A program made the position numbers and the translations under genes. Of a stretch of DNA of 64,000 bases, positions 36,676 to 47,266 are shown one piece after another. The notes under the pieces were generated by a model. That model was not told the origin of the DNA. It saw only the letters and a program-made list of their open reading frames with translations, and made no database searches. Source of the DNA: an uncultured virus (IMG/VR IMGVR_UViG_3300033149_002227). Taxonomy: Duplodnaviria > Heunggongvirae > Uroviricota > Caudoviricetes. The stretch's first letter is position 1. Each line of letters opens with the position of its first letter. The DNA lies in the IMG/VR virus record IMGVR_UViG_3300033149_002227, positions 1 to 64,000 of that record; one strand, 5' to 3'.

Positions 36676-37535
36676 TGCGCGGAATGCTCATGTTCGCCCA
36701 TAACAATGATCTCTTTGATTATGGGAAGATGGCGTATGCTTCAGCACTTTCCGCCATCCACCATATTGGCAAACCCATTTCAATCGTGACGGATCATGCA
36801 ACGTGGGAAAAACTCCTGAGCGAGTACCCACGTGCGATGTTTACCTTTGACCACGCCATCCTGATAGATCATCAGAACACACACCAGCGTCATTTTGATT
36901 TGGCAGACGGTTCTACGAAAAAAGCCAAATACCATAATACTTCAAGACTCGATGCTTATGAGTTGTCACCTTACGATGAAACTTTATTGATCGATACTGA
37001 TGTGTTGATACAGGATACTTCCCTACAGCACGTTTGGGGATCATCAGCTTACGTCAGAATGAATCATGAAATTTCAGAGTTGGTTCTGGGTTCTGACAAT
37101 ACACAAATAAAACTTTCTGATAAAAGTTTGACAACATTCTGGGCAACCATTTGTTATTTCCGAAAGTGCAAAGTAACTGAAGACTTTTTTGCGCTATCGA
37201 AGTACGTAAAACACCATTACGAATATTACGGAAGCCTACATGGATTCCCAATATCGATAGTACGCGTCGATTACATAATGACTGTCGCTGCACATATTAT
37301 GAGCGGATATGTCAGTGGGTCAAAGTCCGTGGTAGAACCGCTACCAGTAGAAGACACTGTGTTTGCATGGAACAGAGATATTATGATAGATTTTGATGAG
37401 GATCGAACAACGTTCTTAACAAAATCTAATGGTAGACCATTCCCTGTATCAACGTACCGAACGGTTCACTGTATGAATAAAGATAGTATGTTGAATATGG
37501 CTGATAGGATCATTGATACTTATGCGATCCTTTAA
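36675..37535 (+). CDS. GT-A fold glycosyltransferase (GT8-like)
   Basis: SPYDETLLIDTD (DxD) motif. Confidence 0.8.
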   Translation: MRGMLMFAHNNDLFDYGKMAYASALSAIHHIGKPISIVTDHATWEKLLSEYPRAMFTFDHAILIDHQNTHQRHFDLADGSTKKAKYHNTSRLDAYELSPYDETLLIDTDVLIQDTSLQHVWGSSAYVRMNHEISELVLGSDNTQIKLSDKSLTTFWATICYFRKCKVTEDFFALSKYVKHHYEYYGSLHGFPISIVRVDYIMTVAAHIMSGYVSGSKSVVEPLPVEDTVFAWNRDIMIDFDEDRTTFLTKSNGRPFPVSTYRTVHCMNKDSMLNMADRIIDTYAIL

Positions 37536-38463
37536 ACGAAAAAGAGGTTTCATCACCATCGCGCAACGGAGTGGGAAACTCAATTACCTACGGATGGCGT
37601 ATGGTCTGGCATTGAGTCTGAAAGCGACACAGCGAGACGTACCCCACTTATCAGTCATGGTGACTCCCGGTACTAAAATACCAGCGAAGTATGCCGCAGT
37701 GTTTGATGAGGTCATCGATATACCGGGGTTGGATGACTCTAAAAATTCAAGATGGAAGATACACAATAAGTGGAAAGTATACCATGTGACTCCGTATGAG
37801 GAAACTATACTCCTCGATGCTGATATGGTCTTTCCAACCGATGTCAGTGATTGGTGGGATATACTGGGAGATGAGAGGAACGTGTGGTTTGCAACGCAAC
37901 CAGCGACATACCGTGGCGACCCCGTTGATATCGGAACATATCGACAAGAATTCCTAACAAATAATTTACCGATGGTGTACACCGCATTTTTATATTTCAG
38001 ACAGAGCGAAATAGCACAAGAACTTTTTGATATGGCGGCTACCGTATACCACAATTGGGTTGCGATGCGTGACAACTATCAGTTGCGCAAAACCGATGAA
38101 GAATTACTCAGTGATATGCAACACTTCCGATCACCACTCCGACATTCGTGGACACACTTTTTCCAAGATTATCCGCGCTCCGTGAGTGGTGATCTGGCAT
38201 TCGCGATAGCCACGAAAATAATGGGCGAAGAGGATAACTTCGCTCCTGATGGGATGTTTCCTACATTTACCCATATGAAACCCGGGGATCAAGGATTGGA
38301 TTTGGTTCCGTCATTATGGTCTAACTCGTTACCCTCGGTACTTCGGGAAGATATGACACTTTTGATTGGAACCTATAGACAACGATACCCATTTCATTAT
38401 GTCGAGAAAGAATGGCTGACTCAGGATGTAATACTGACATTGGAGAAAGCGGCCCGTGGATGA
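37522..38463 (+). CDS. GT-A fold glycosyltransferase (GT8-like)
   Basis: TPYEETILLDAD (DxD), FTHMK, FHYVEK. Confidence 0.8.
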   Translation: MRSFKRKRGFITIAQRSGKLNYLRMAYGLALSLKATQRDVPHLSVMVTPGTKIPAKYAAVFDEVIDIPGLDDSKNSRWKIHNKWKVYHVTPYEETILLDADMVFPTDVSDWWDILGDERNVWFATQPATYRGDPVDIGTYRQEFLTNNLPMVYTAFLYFRQSEIAQELFDMAATVYHNWVAMRDNYQLRKTDEELLSDMQHFRSPLRHSWTHFFQDYPRSVSGDLAFAIATKIMGEEDNFAPDGMFPTFTHMKPGDQGLDLVPSLWSNSLPSVLREDMTLLIGTYRQRYPFHYVEKEWLTQDVILTLEKAARG

Positions 38464-39004
38464 TTTTTACATTTATTATGAACTTGAACACCAATCTCAC
38501 TCGATTGGAACTATTAAGGCGATAGCTCCACGTAAACTGGATGATATGGGTGATATGGAATTTATCAGGGTTCCGTCTAAGATCGGATTGTCGTTCACCA
38601 AAGGTTCGGAATCCCTAAACCGATGGGTAGTTAAATGGCTCCCTGAATTTGCAGAAATGCGCTTGTACAAACGAGAGATCGAGAAGCTGGAATCAGTGAC
38701 TAACTTCCTACAAATTATACCCACCAGACAAACCAAGGCTCATGTCACGGTAACATGGAAACGGGAGAGTAAGCTGTTCAATGTCAGAACTCGTGGTGTT
38801 AGTATTTCCCACCCAAACATAGATATGTATTTCTTTGTGACCCGACTGGATGATCCTAATATAATTTATCATCAATTCAATACATCACTATTGGAGACGA
38901 TGAATAGGAAAGGTTTGGATATTCCGTGTGATATCACTCTCCCCAACAGATTCAGCGTGTGTACTAGAACAGCCTTTGATCGATACCAATTACGGACTGA
39001 ATGA
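38456..39004 (+). CDS. hypothetical protein
   Basis: 182 aa, overlaps both neighbours in the operon. Confidence 0.75.
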   Translation: MDDFYIYYELEHQSHSIGTIKAIAPRKLDDMGDMEFIRVPSKIGLSFTKGSESLNRWVVKWLPEFAEMRLYKREIEKLESVTNFLQIIPTRQTKAHVTVTWKRESKLFNVRTRGVSISHPNIDMYFFVTRLDDPNIIYHQFNTSLLETMNRKGLDIPCDITLPNRFSVCTRTAFDRYQLRTE

Positions 39005-39966
39005 TGAAAACATTTAACACAAACGAATTTGACATCGTTTATATGTCATATGATGAGCCGCGTGCCGAAGAGTTTTACGCAGATGTGAAAGCGAAATATC
39101 CGTGGGCAAAACACGTGCACGGTGTAAAGGGATTTGATTCTGCTCACAAAGCATGCGCAAACCTTGCGGAAACTGAAAGGTTCATCACCATTGATGGCGA
39201 CAATATAGTCGATGAAACATTCTTCAATATGGAATTCACAGTACAGGAAGACATCGAAGATTGTGTATTTTCATGGGCAGCTAGAAACCACGTGAACGGG
39301 CTTGTATACGGGAATGGTGGATTAAAATGTTGGCCACGTCAGTATGTGTTGAATATGCGCACGCACGAAAATGCTGACGAGGATACTGCGGCGGTAGATT
39401 TCTGTTGGGATACGAAATACATTCAATTCAATGAAACATATTGTGAGACATTCACAAACGGAAGTCCGTTTCAGGCTTTCCGCGCTGGTTTCAGAGAGGG
39501 TGTCAAAATGACCCTTGACCGTGGTGTAAAAGTTCGCTTACCAGAAATTCACAGTAACAACAGCGTCCTCTGGCACGGCAACACCAAACGATTGGAAATA
39601 TGGGCATCGGTGGGTGCTGATGTTGAAAACGGACTGTGGTCAGTGTACGGTACGCGTCTGGGTGCCTTCATGACCAACATGGTTGATTGGGATCACGATG
39701 TAATTGCCGATTACGATTGGTTTTATAAATTCTGGATTGAAGAAATTGCTCCTAAATTCCAATCGAACAAACTCAATGTTGATATGGACATGTATTGTCC
39801 GTATACGAAATACAAATGGAGTTACGAACTCTTGTGGGACGCAACTTGCCGGTTGGGACAACCACTCCGCCGGTCCATGGGATTTAATGTTGGTGACCTT
39901 GATGAAGAGGCATCGCGGTTTTTCAAACACGTTTATGTTGCGCCGAGTCGGACAGGATATGACTAA
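39001..39966 (+). CDS. glycosyltransferase (phage GT-A type)
   Basis: DIVYMSYDEP, IDGDN (DxD), NGLVYGNGGLK, AFRAGFREGVK. Confidence 0.8.
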   Translation: MMKTFNTNEFDIVYMSYDEPRAEEFYADVKAKYPWAKHVHGVKGFDSAHKACANLAETERFITIDGDNIVDETFFNMEFTVQEDIEDCVFSWAARNHVNGLVYGNGGLKCWPRQYVLNMRTHENADEDTAAVDFCWDTKYIQFNETYCETFTNGSPFQAFRAGFREGVKMTLDRGVKVRLPEIHSNNSVLWHGNTKRLEIWASVGADVENGLWSVYGTRLGAFMTNMVDWDHDVIADYDWFYKFWIEEIAPKFQSNKLNVDMDMYCPYTKYKWSYELLWDATCRLGQPLRRSMGFNVGDLDEEASRFFKHVYVAPSRTGYD

Positions 39967-41363
39967 TGTCTGACGATTTACTAAAATTTAAGCAAGATGT
40001 AATGGATGCAATTTCTCCAACCTTTTGTGCGTCCAAATGGTATGACGCTGTTATCTTTTTAAACGAAGGAAACACGAAATCTTGTCATCATACTCAGGCT
40101 CATCAAATCAATTCCGTTGAAGTAGAATTCAATCCGTCTGCATTACACAACACCGACGACAAAAAAGAACAGCGCAAACAAATGATGGCGGGCGAACGAC
40201 CCGACGCGTGCCGATATTGTTGGAACGCAGAAGATTCAATGGAAGACGATGTGTATGCTGACCGCATTCCATACACCCGAAGATTCTCCGATGAAGATAT
40301 TCAAATCGCAGCGGATTCCGCAGTGGGTTGGGATTCCCATTTGCGTACACTCGAAATATCTTTCGACCGCACATGTAATTTTGCGTGCTCGTATTGTAGC
40401 CCTCGGTTCTCTACTACATGGGCTAAAGACATCAAGAAAAACGGTGGATATATTCTCAGAACGAACTCACCATATTATGGAAACGATGGATCAGAAGTAG
40501 CTGAACCCTACGGAAGATATAACGAAGGTAATCCATATTTGGAAGCCTTCTGGAAATGGTGGCCAGAACTTTCACAGACTCTAGAGCAATTCCGTATTAC
40601 AGGTGGTGAACCAATAATGAGTGCTTCCTTCTGGAGACTGGTGGAGACGATCAAAAGGGAAGGGGTTCGTGATGACATGCTCATTTCGGTGAACTCCAAT
40701 TTAGGTTCAAAAAAGAGTCTAATTTCCGACCTGATTGACTTCACAAATTCCATTTCCCGTTTCTCATTATTCACATCCTGCGAAGCCCACGGTGACGCGG
40801 CAGAATATTTGCGAGATGGGTTAGATTACGATTATTGGCTCAAAAATATATCCAGAGTGATGACCGAGGGGAACGTAGAACAGACCACTATTATGACCAC
40901 CATTACGGCGGTCGCCCTGTATTCGTTCACAGAGTTTCTGGATGACATATTAAAACTACGGGAAGCCGGTGATCATAACATATTGATTTCATTTAACTTA
41001 TTGAAAGCCCCACCCTTCATGTCGGTTTTGATTTTACCAGAAGAAATGCGTGATGAACGTGCGACGGCCCTCGAAGTATGGGGGAAACAGAATAGTGAAA
41101 GGTTATCGTACTGGGAAACTAATGGCGTTAAGAAAGTTGTAGCATTCCTCCGCGAAGGGGCTGATCCCCTGTGGACGGACGATATCAAGAGCCGAATGTC
41201 AAATGAACTTGACTTCTATCTGTTTTATAGGCAGTATGATGAAAGGCGGGATAAATCCTTCCAAGAAACTTTTCCTTCAGACTTGGTAGAATGGTACGAA
41301 GAACTAGCCGACCAATATGAAGAAGATATTAACAAGTATCACAAGTTTCGTGGTACAATGTAG
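39966..41363 (+). CDS. radical SAM protein with N-terminal auxiliary Fe-S (twitch/SPASM-like) domain
   Basis: CNFACSYC, GGEP; N-terminal FCASKW...SCHH...CRYCW. Confidence 0.9.
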   Translation: MSDDLLKFKQDVMDAISPTFCASKWYDAVIFLNEGNTKSCHHTQAHQINSVEVEFNPSALHNTDDKKEQRKQMMAGERPDACRYCWNAEDSMEDDVYADRIPYTRRFSDEDIQIAADSAVGWDSHLRTLEISFDRTCNFACSYCSPRFSTTWAKDIKKNGGYILRTNSPYYGNDGSEVAEPYGRYNEGNPYLEAFWKWWPELSQTLEQFRITGGEPIMSASFWRLVETIKREGVRDDMLISVNSNLGSKKSLISDLIDFTNSISRFSLFTSCEAHGDAAEYLRDGLDYDYWLKNISRVMTEGNVEQTTIMTTITAVALYSFTEFLDDILKLREAGDHNILISFNLLKAPPFMSVLILPEEMRDERATALEVWGKQNSERLSYWETNGVKKVVAFLREGADPLWTDDIKSRMSNELDFYLFYRQYDERRDKSFQETFPSDLVEWYEELADQYEEDINKYHKFRGTM

Positions 41364-41376
41364 CAGGAGATAAGCA

Positions 41377-42486
41377 ATGAGCAATGGGTCATCAGCAGCA
41401 CCTTCGTTTTCAGCGAGCATGTCGCAAGAGGACGATGTAGATACAGAAATCGCCGTAGCATCGCAGAGCGATGATGAATTAACCAAATCGATCCAGCGGG
41501 CTCAGCGCCACTGGGGTACGAACCCCGAAGGTACATTATACTGGGGAACCAGTAATGTCGAAGATATGGTTCCACCGGGATTATATAAATGTGGACAGCG
41601 CGACGATGTTGGTCCATGTTTCCAAAAACTCATGATCGAAACCGACGCACTCATCCAACTCCCTGATATGGTCTGCAACGAAGTCATTGCGCAGATCAAA
41701 CAATTCTGGTCAGACGAAGTGAAGGAAGCAATGGAAACACGTGGCTTCATGCACAAGCGTGGAATTATGATGTACGGAGAACCCGGTTCCGGTAAAACAT
41801 GTACCATCCAAATGCTCGTGCAAATGCTCATCAATAATGGCGGCATCGCCATCTACGCCGAAGACCCCGGCGTCCTATCAAATTGCCTTCAGTTACTCCG
41901 CCGCATTGAACCCAACCGTCCGGTCATCGTTATTCTCGAAGACTTCGACACCCTGACAGACCGTGACCGCCGCGAAAACAATTGGCTGGCTGTTCTCGAT
42001 GGTGAAGCGCAAATCAAAAACGTCGTATTCTTGGCTACCACCAACTACATCGAAAACATCGACAAGCGCTTCGTAGATCGCCCGTCACGCTTTGATATCA
42101 TTATGCCTGTCCCGATGCCCTCGGCTCGTGCTCGTGCCGCGTACATCAAGTACAAGGAGCCGTCGTTAACCGATGACGAACTGTTCGATTGGGTTCAGCA
42201 ATCAGAAGGTTTCAGCATCGCTCACGTAAAGGAGATAATTGTCTCTGTATTGTGTTTCGGCAAAACTCTGGATGAAACTGTCCGGCGTCTTAATACCCAA
42301 CGGAAGCGCGAATTCAAAAATACAACGCTGGAAAATGAAGCCAAGGGTTCTACTGGTATTGGTTTTACCAGTGATGGTGGAAGTAAGGGTGCATTTCCGA
42401 ACCGCACTTCGTTCGATACCTTCCTTGAGGAATTGGAAGGTTGGGAGTACATTGTATCTGAAGAGGTAGAATCCACAGAGGTATAA
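41377..42486 (+). CDS. AAA+ ATPase
   Basis: Walker A GEPGSGKT, Walker B ILEDFD, SRH ATTN...DRPSRFD. Confidence 0.92.
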   Translation: MSNGSSAAPSFSASMSQEDDVDTEIAVASQSDDELTKSIQRAQRHWGTNPEGTLYWGTSNVEDMVPPGLYKCGQRDDVGPCFQKLMIETDALIQLPDMVCNEVIAQIKQFWSDEVKEAMETRGFMHKRGIMMYGEPGSGKTCTIQMLVQMLINNGGIAIYAEDPGVLSNCLQLLRRIEPNRPVIVILEDFDTLTDRDRRENNWLAVLDGEAQIKNVVFLATTNYIENIDKRFVDRPSRFDIIMPVPMPSARARAAYIKYKEPSLTDDELFDWVQQSEGFSIAHVKEIIVSVLCFGKTLDETVRRLNTQRKREFKNTTLENEAKGSTGIGFTSDGGSKGAFPNRTSFDTFLEELEGWEYIVSEEVESTEV

Positions 42487-42488
42487 TC

Positions 42489-43175
42489 ATGTATGACATT
42501 GTATTTCTATCATACAATGAACCGAATGCAGCAGAGCACTGGGAATTAGTTAAAAGCCGATTCCCACGTGCTCGGCACGTTTCTGGTATAAAAGGAATTC
42601 CAAACGCTCATCGCACTGCTGCCGAGCGATGCAAGACCCGATATTTCTGGGTCATCGATGCAGACAATATCGTCCATCCTGATTTTGACTTTTCGTTTCG
42701 TTGGCGTCGTTCCGATGAGCGACAAGACCGCGTAGCCGTTTGGAAAGCAAGAAACAATGTCAACGGACTCGAATATGGTTACGGGGGAATTAAACTATTA
42801 CCGCGCCGAGTCGTATTAGAGATGCCGAATAACATCGTTGATTTCACCACCAGTATTAGCGATCACTTCTTTCCCATGGGTGAAGTCGCATCAACCACGG
42901 TAATTAATTCATCGCCCTTCGAAGCATGGAAGGCTGGATTTCGCGAATGTGTGAAACTAGCTTCCGGTGCGATCAAATCGAATCACCCAGAGGAAGACGG
43001 ACAACGGGCGGAACAGTGGATGGCAATAACGCTCGATGTTCCAAATGCCAATCAATGTATCGAAGGTGCAAAAGCTGGCTACCGGTATGGTTGGGATAAT
43101 GCGGATGATCCGAAGGCATTGGCTAAGATAAACGATTGGGAGTGGCTACAAGCGAGGTTTACCCGTCATGATTGA
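42489..43175 (+). CDS. glycosyltransferase (paralog of 39001)
   Basis: YDIVFLSYNEP, IDADN, NGLEYGYGGIKL, AGFRECVK. Confidence 0.8.
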   Translation: MYDIVFLSYNEPNAAEHWELVKSRFPRARHVSGIKGIPNAHRTAAERCKTRYFWVIDADNIVHPDFDFSFRWRRSDERQDRVAVWKARNNVNGLEYGYGGIKLLPRRVVLEMPNNIVDFTTSISDHFFPMGEVASTTVINSSPFEAWKAGFRECVKLASGAIKSNHPEEDGQRAEQWMAITLDVPNANQCIEGAKAGYRYGWDNADDPKALAKINDWEWLQARFTRHD

Positions 43176-43803
43176 TTCAATTAAAGTATTACGCGGACTC
43201 GAAGAGATGTATCCAGAAAAGAGCTTCATCAGCCGACTTCTGTGCTGCATAGAAAACTATCCTGAGTTGAACTGGGAAGATGCAATGTCGCGTGGACAAA
43301 TCAGATCAAAACTGTGGCTCCTAAAACAACTTCGGTTAGAGAACCGTGTCCACTTGGGGCGGGTAGCAATCTGTGGTGGATGGGTTGGTATGCTATCCCG
43401 ACTGATGCTCGATCATGATGTAATCCAAACAACACACATTCATTCTATGGACACCGCCCGTGGTGCTACTATTGCAGCGGGAGAATTGAATTATGAATAT
43501 TTTGTGGAAGATGAGTTTTCCGCAACTGCCGTAAATTGTCATGATGTGATCTATAACGACTACGATACCATTATAAACACAAGTTGTGAACACTTCGATA
43601 ACTTTGACGGTTGGTTTAATAGAATTCCGAGTGGGAAAATGGTAATACTCCAGTCAAACAACTTCACCGAAATAGAAGATCACGTTGACTGCGTGCATAG
43701 CGTCAACGAATTGGTCAACAAGGCAGGGCTTCGTACTGTGATCTACAGTGGTGAATTGCCTTGCTACGGGTACATACGGTACATGGTTATAGGTATAAAA
43801 TGA
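43168..43803 (+). CDS. class I SAM-dependent methyltransferase
   Basis: VAICGGWVG motif I, INTSCEH, LQSNN. Confidence 0.8.
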   Translation: MIDSIKVLRGLEEMYPEKSFISRLLCCIENYPELNWEDAMSRGQIRSKLWLLKQLRLENRVHLGRVAICGGWVGMLSRLMLDHDVIQTTHIHSMDTARGATIAAGELNYEYFVEDEFSATAVNCHDVIYNDYDTIINTSCEHFDNFDGWFNRIPSGKMVILQSNNFTEIEDHVDCVHSVNELVNKAGLRTVIYSGELPCYGYIRYMVIGIK

Positions 43804-44720
43804 AGGAAGTCACAATCACCAAAACGTTTGACAATGGTCCGGTAATTAATGATTACACCGTTGCAGAAATGAAGGCTAATAGTTTCAACCTTTTTCAGGA
43901 TTGGACATGCACGGTCGGCACGAATTGCATCTATATAGATTTTGATGGAATGGTGTGGCGCGGTCCGTGCCGCGTTGGTGGTAAACTCGGTAATATGCTG
44001 AGTGATTGGAAAATACCCGATACACCAATCGTGTGCGATAGGTGGACATGTGACTGTGGTACCGGTATTAAATTACCTAAGTGGTGCGATAACGAACGGC
44101 ATGAAGAAATGTACCGCGTAGAGCCAATCGAAGAGCAGGTGTTTAACGTGCAATGGGATTTAGGTCGGAAATGTAATTATGATTGCTCGTATTGTTGGCC
44201 GACCAGTCACAACAAAACCGACAAGTGGGTCTCGATTGAAGTGTTGAAAAAGGTGGTGGATAAAATAGGTGAACAGCATACTGGAAAAATGCAATTCAAT
44301 TTTGCCGGTGGTGAACCAACACTCCATCCCGACTTTTTGGAACTGTGCTCATATATCTGGGCAAGGGGACATCACATTCACGTGCAAACCAATGGCACCA
44401 TGAATGTCATCAAGGCGAGACAACTTGCCTTGGTTGCTGAAATCTCGATCTCGGTTCATTTTGAGTTTGCCAACTACGAAAAACTGATTAACAACATAAG
44501 AGCTATTTTGAGTGCTGGAGGAAAGCTGGAAATCAAAATGATGATCAATGCTACGGGTAACTCATTTTATGCAGCACTTGATTTTAAACGATATATTGAA
44601 GGGGTACCATTCATCAAAAGGGCACGAGTTATCATGTCACCACTGCGTGATCCCAAGACCAACGACTTGATGGGATACACACCAAAACAAATAGAGGAAT
44701 TTGGGGATGTCGAATTTTGA
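43800..44720 (+). CDS. radical SAM protein with N-terminal SPASM-like Cys cluster
   Basis: CNYDCSYC, AGGEPT, QTNG; N-terminal WTC..G..CIYIDFDG...C...C..TCDC. ATGA overlap with the previous gene. Confidence 0.9.
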   Translation: MKEVTITKTFDNGPVINDYTVAEMKANSFNLFQDWTCTVGTNCIYIDFDGMVWRGPCRVGGKLGNMLSDWKIPDTPIVCDRWTCDCGTGIKLPKWCDNERHEEMYRVEPIEEQVFNVQWDLGRKCNYDCSYCWPTSHNKTDKWVSIEVLKKVVDKIGEQHTGKMQFNFAGGEPTLHPDFLELCSYIWARGHHIHVQTNGTMNVIKARQLALVAEISISVHFEFANYEKLINNIRAILSAGGKLEIKMMINATGNSFYAALDFKRYIEGVPFIKRARVIMSPLRDPKTNDLMGYTPKQIEEFGDVEF

Positions 44721-45153
44721 AATACTAACGTGGGAACAAGTTAAGCCTATCTGGGATACCCATTTATGGCCCGGACGCGATAGTGAGCCCGTAACGTCGA
44801 TGCAGTATTTTGGTGGATACGATATGCAATATAAAGATGAAGAGCCTCATTTCATCGGTTTCTCTGATATCGGTGGAGAAATAATTGCGGTCAATAGTTA
44901 TGTCCGCAACAAGGCGCAAACATGGCGCAGTCGTGGGTTATGGGTACATCCAAGATTCCGTGGGTGTGGGTACGCCAGAGACCTACTGCTGTACATGATA
45001 AAGGATGTCAAAACACGGGGTGGTGATTGGATATGGACCATGCCACGCAGGGGTGCACTCGAAGCATATGAGTCTGCTGGATTTATACAGACCACTGATT
45101 GGGAAAAACAGGGTTGGGGCGTAAACTGCTATGCGAAATACGATATCAGATGA
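44707..45153 (+). CDS. GNAT acetyltransferase
   Basis: LWVHPRFRGCGYA acetyl-CoA motif, YESAGF. Confidence 0.88.
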   Translation: MSNFEILTWEQVKPIWDTHLWPGRDSEPVTSMQYFGGYDMQYKDEEPHFIGFSDIGGEIIAVNSYVRNKAQTWRSRGLWVHPRFRGCGYARDLLLYMIKDVKTRGGDWIWTMPRRGALEAYESAGFIQTTDWEKQGWGVNCYAKYDIR

Positions 45154-46103
45154 AACAATTATTTAATTACACGCATGAGAACCACTTCGCGTTCGGATAC
45201 AAATTCAATGATCATCATTATTGGATGGGACCGAAGGCGTCCGACGTGGAGGGGGCCACGTTTGCCGTGGGTTATGGGAGGTGCCAGTACGAGGCAACGA
45301 ACTTCAAGGTAGAATGCTACCGTGCTGCACGTCTAATACACGAGAGCAGCGATGAGATTGTGAATGTCATGTTCTCTGGTGGAAACGAAAGCGAGATCGT
45401 TGTGCGCTCCTTCCATGACCAACAGATACCATTTAAGGTTAGTATCCTGAAATTCAAACAGAATCTCAACCTGCATGATATTTCCTTTGCTGTGGTGTTT
45501 TGTGAACAACGAAAAATTCCATACCGTATTTTCGAACTTGATATCAAGGATTTTTGGGACGACGAAGTTTACGAATACGCAAAACGAACACAATGTCCGA
45601 CTCCGCAACTTCCATCAGCTATGTGGCTCGCTGACCAAATCGACGGACTTCCAGTTATGGGATCGGGCGAACCATATATAGCCAAGATTATACCAGACGA
45701 TTATGTTCCGGGTGAATCCCCATACGAACCAAGTGAATGGCAATTCCAAGAAAAAGAACGCATTCAGGCATGGTACCGACATTTCCTAATTCAGGAACGT
45801 CCGGCAGTTCCGGGTTTTTTCCAATACACACCCGAACTAATGTACTCGTTCCTTAACAGCCCCATCGTGCGCGAACTAGTCAACAACGAGAGGCATGGGA
45901 AACTATCTTCTGTCTCGACCAAGGGAGAAACATACCGCTTATGGTTTGCTGATATGATCCCCCGACCCAAGTTTAGTGGGTTCGAGAAAGTCATGGACTG
46001 GGAAGTAATCGCCCGTGAAGCACTAACAGAAAAATACGGGATGTATGATCGTGTAGTGAGTGTGGAGTATCATAAGTTTCTTGATAATTTGCGATATGGT
46101 TGA
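45150..46103 (+). CDS. PP-loop (adenine nucleotide alpha-hydrolase-like) protein
   Basis: VMFSGGNESE resembles SGGxDS. Confidence 0.6.
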   Translation: MKQLFNYTHENHFAFGYKFNDHHYWMGPKASDVEGATFAVGYGRCQYEATNFKVECYRAARLIHESSDEIVNVMFSGGNESEIVVRSFHDQQIPFKVSILKFKQNLNLHDISFAVVFCEQRKIPYRIFELDIKDFWDDEVYEYAKRTQCPTPQLPSAMWLADQIDGLPVMGSGEPYIAKIIPDDYVPGESPYEPSEWQFQEKERIQAWYRHFLIQERPAVPGFFQYTPELMYSFLNSPIVRELVNNERHGKLSSVSTKGETYRLWFADMIPRPKFSGFEKVMDWEVIAREALTEKYGMYDRVVSVEYHKFLDNLRYG

Positions 46104-46599
46104 GTTCAAGGTAATTAATTTCGATGAGTGGCGGCAGCGCATGCAGCCATTATGGCCGTGGAATACTGATTGGCATTGGATACCGATTATCAATAACCCG
46201 TATGGTCAGATTCAATATACGGGATGCGAGGCGTTCAAACGTGTCATCATGTTCCCCGTGATGTGTACTGTGAACGGGACTCCTGCCGCGTATACGAGTG
46301 TGTTTAACATCTCGGATACTCATCTACGATTGCGGGGAGTTTATACGGAGCCCGAATTCAGAGGGCAAGGGCTCGTCGCCCCAATGCTTGACTGGGCATG
46401 CAATTTATTTCCAGAGCCATGGCATACTGCTATTGGGTATGGACGAGAAACGAGTCTGGATTACTTTCTGAAGGTTTGGTTTGATGAAGTAATGCCTAAT
46501 TACAGTAGTAGAAGAAGATATGAACACAGCGCGGAGGATTTATCTAATGGTGATCCTACCGTCACTTTAATGAGGAGAAAATTCCGTGATATTTCATGA
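46096..46599 (+). CDS. GNAT acetyltransferase
   Basis: LRGVYTEPEFRGQGL. Confidence 0.85.
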   Translation: MVEFKVINFDEWRQRMQPLWPWNTDWHWIPIINNPYGQIQYTGCEAFKRVIMFPVMCTVNGTPAAYTSVFNISDTHLRLRGVYTEPEFRGQGLVAPMLDWACNLFPEPWHTAIGYGRETSLDYFLKVWFDEVMPNYSSRRRYEHSAEDLSNGDPTVTLMRRKFRDIS

Positions 46600-47266
46600 A
46601 AAACTAAATTTAAAATTCGATACTGAAGCGATGCAGCGAGAAGTCGTAACAATTCAACAAACCCTCGGGAATCGGATAGGTCATGGTACGGCTTTCGGTG
46701 GATGGGCACTTCAATCCCAAGACGGTGATTGGCGTAGTGGTTTTGAAAAGGGTGGATACTACAGAGCAGAAGGTGGCAGTCTCGTCGCATGGGAGAAAAC
46801 ACTACCGGTACAAGAATACTCCAAACGAACCGATGCATGTGTTGGGATATTCGCAGAGATAATTGATGAATTAGAAGAAAAAGGATTTTATCCGCTCCGA
46901 TCCCGTATCACCGTTTTTGATCCCGGACAGGCAACCATGTGGCATACGGATGCAATTCCCGAAATGTTTAGCGTTCGTATTCACATCCCGTTTATTACCA
47001 ACCTTGATTGCCGCTTTGAAGTAGAGGATGTGGGTGCTGTACATATGCCAGCGGACGGACATGGACATTTGGTTGATGTGTCTACCATGCATCGTGCATA
47101 TAATAGGGGAGACACAATCCGTATGCATTTCTTGGCGCAAGTTTGGCCCACGAATTATTCCGAGCGCTTCATAGTGACCGAGAGCCAAAAGGACATATCA
47201 AGTTACCACAACGTGAAGGGACATAAGATATATCAGCAGGTGATGCGTGACAGAGCGAAAGGCTGA
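46586..47266 (+). CDS. 2OG-Fe(II) oxygenase, Asp/Asn beta-hydroxylase-like
   Basis: WHTD...RIHIP...HRAYNRG..RMH. Confidence 0.85.
   Translation: MIFHEKLNLKFDTEAMQREVVTIQQTLGNRIGHGTAFGGWALQSQDGDWRSGFEKGGYYRAEGGSLVAWEKTLPVQEYSKRTDACVGIFAEIIDELEEKGFYPLRSRITVFDPGQATMWHTDAIPEMFSVRIHIPFITNLDCRFEVEDVGAVHMPADGHGHLVDVSTMHRAYNRGDTIRMHFLAQVWPTNYSERFIVTESQKDISSYHNVKGHKIYQQVMRDRAKG

Noticed and set aside
36675..43803. T4-style DNA glucosylation role for the glycosyltransferases
   Set aside because: T4 DNA glucosyltransferases are GT-B while these are DxD GT-A proteins, and no hydroxymethylase is in the window. Not fully excluded without nucleoside analysis.
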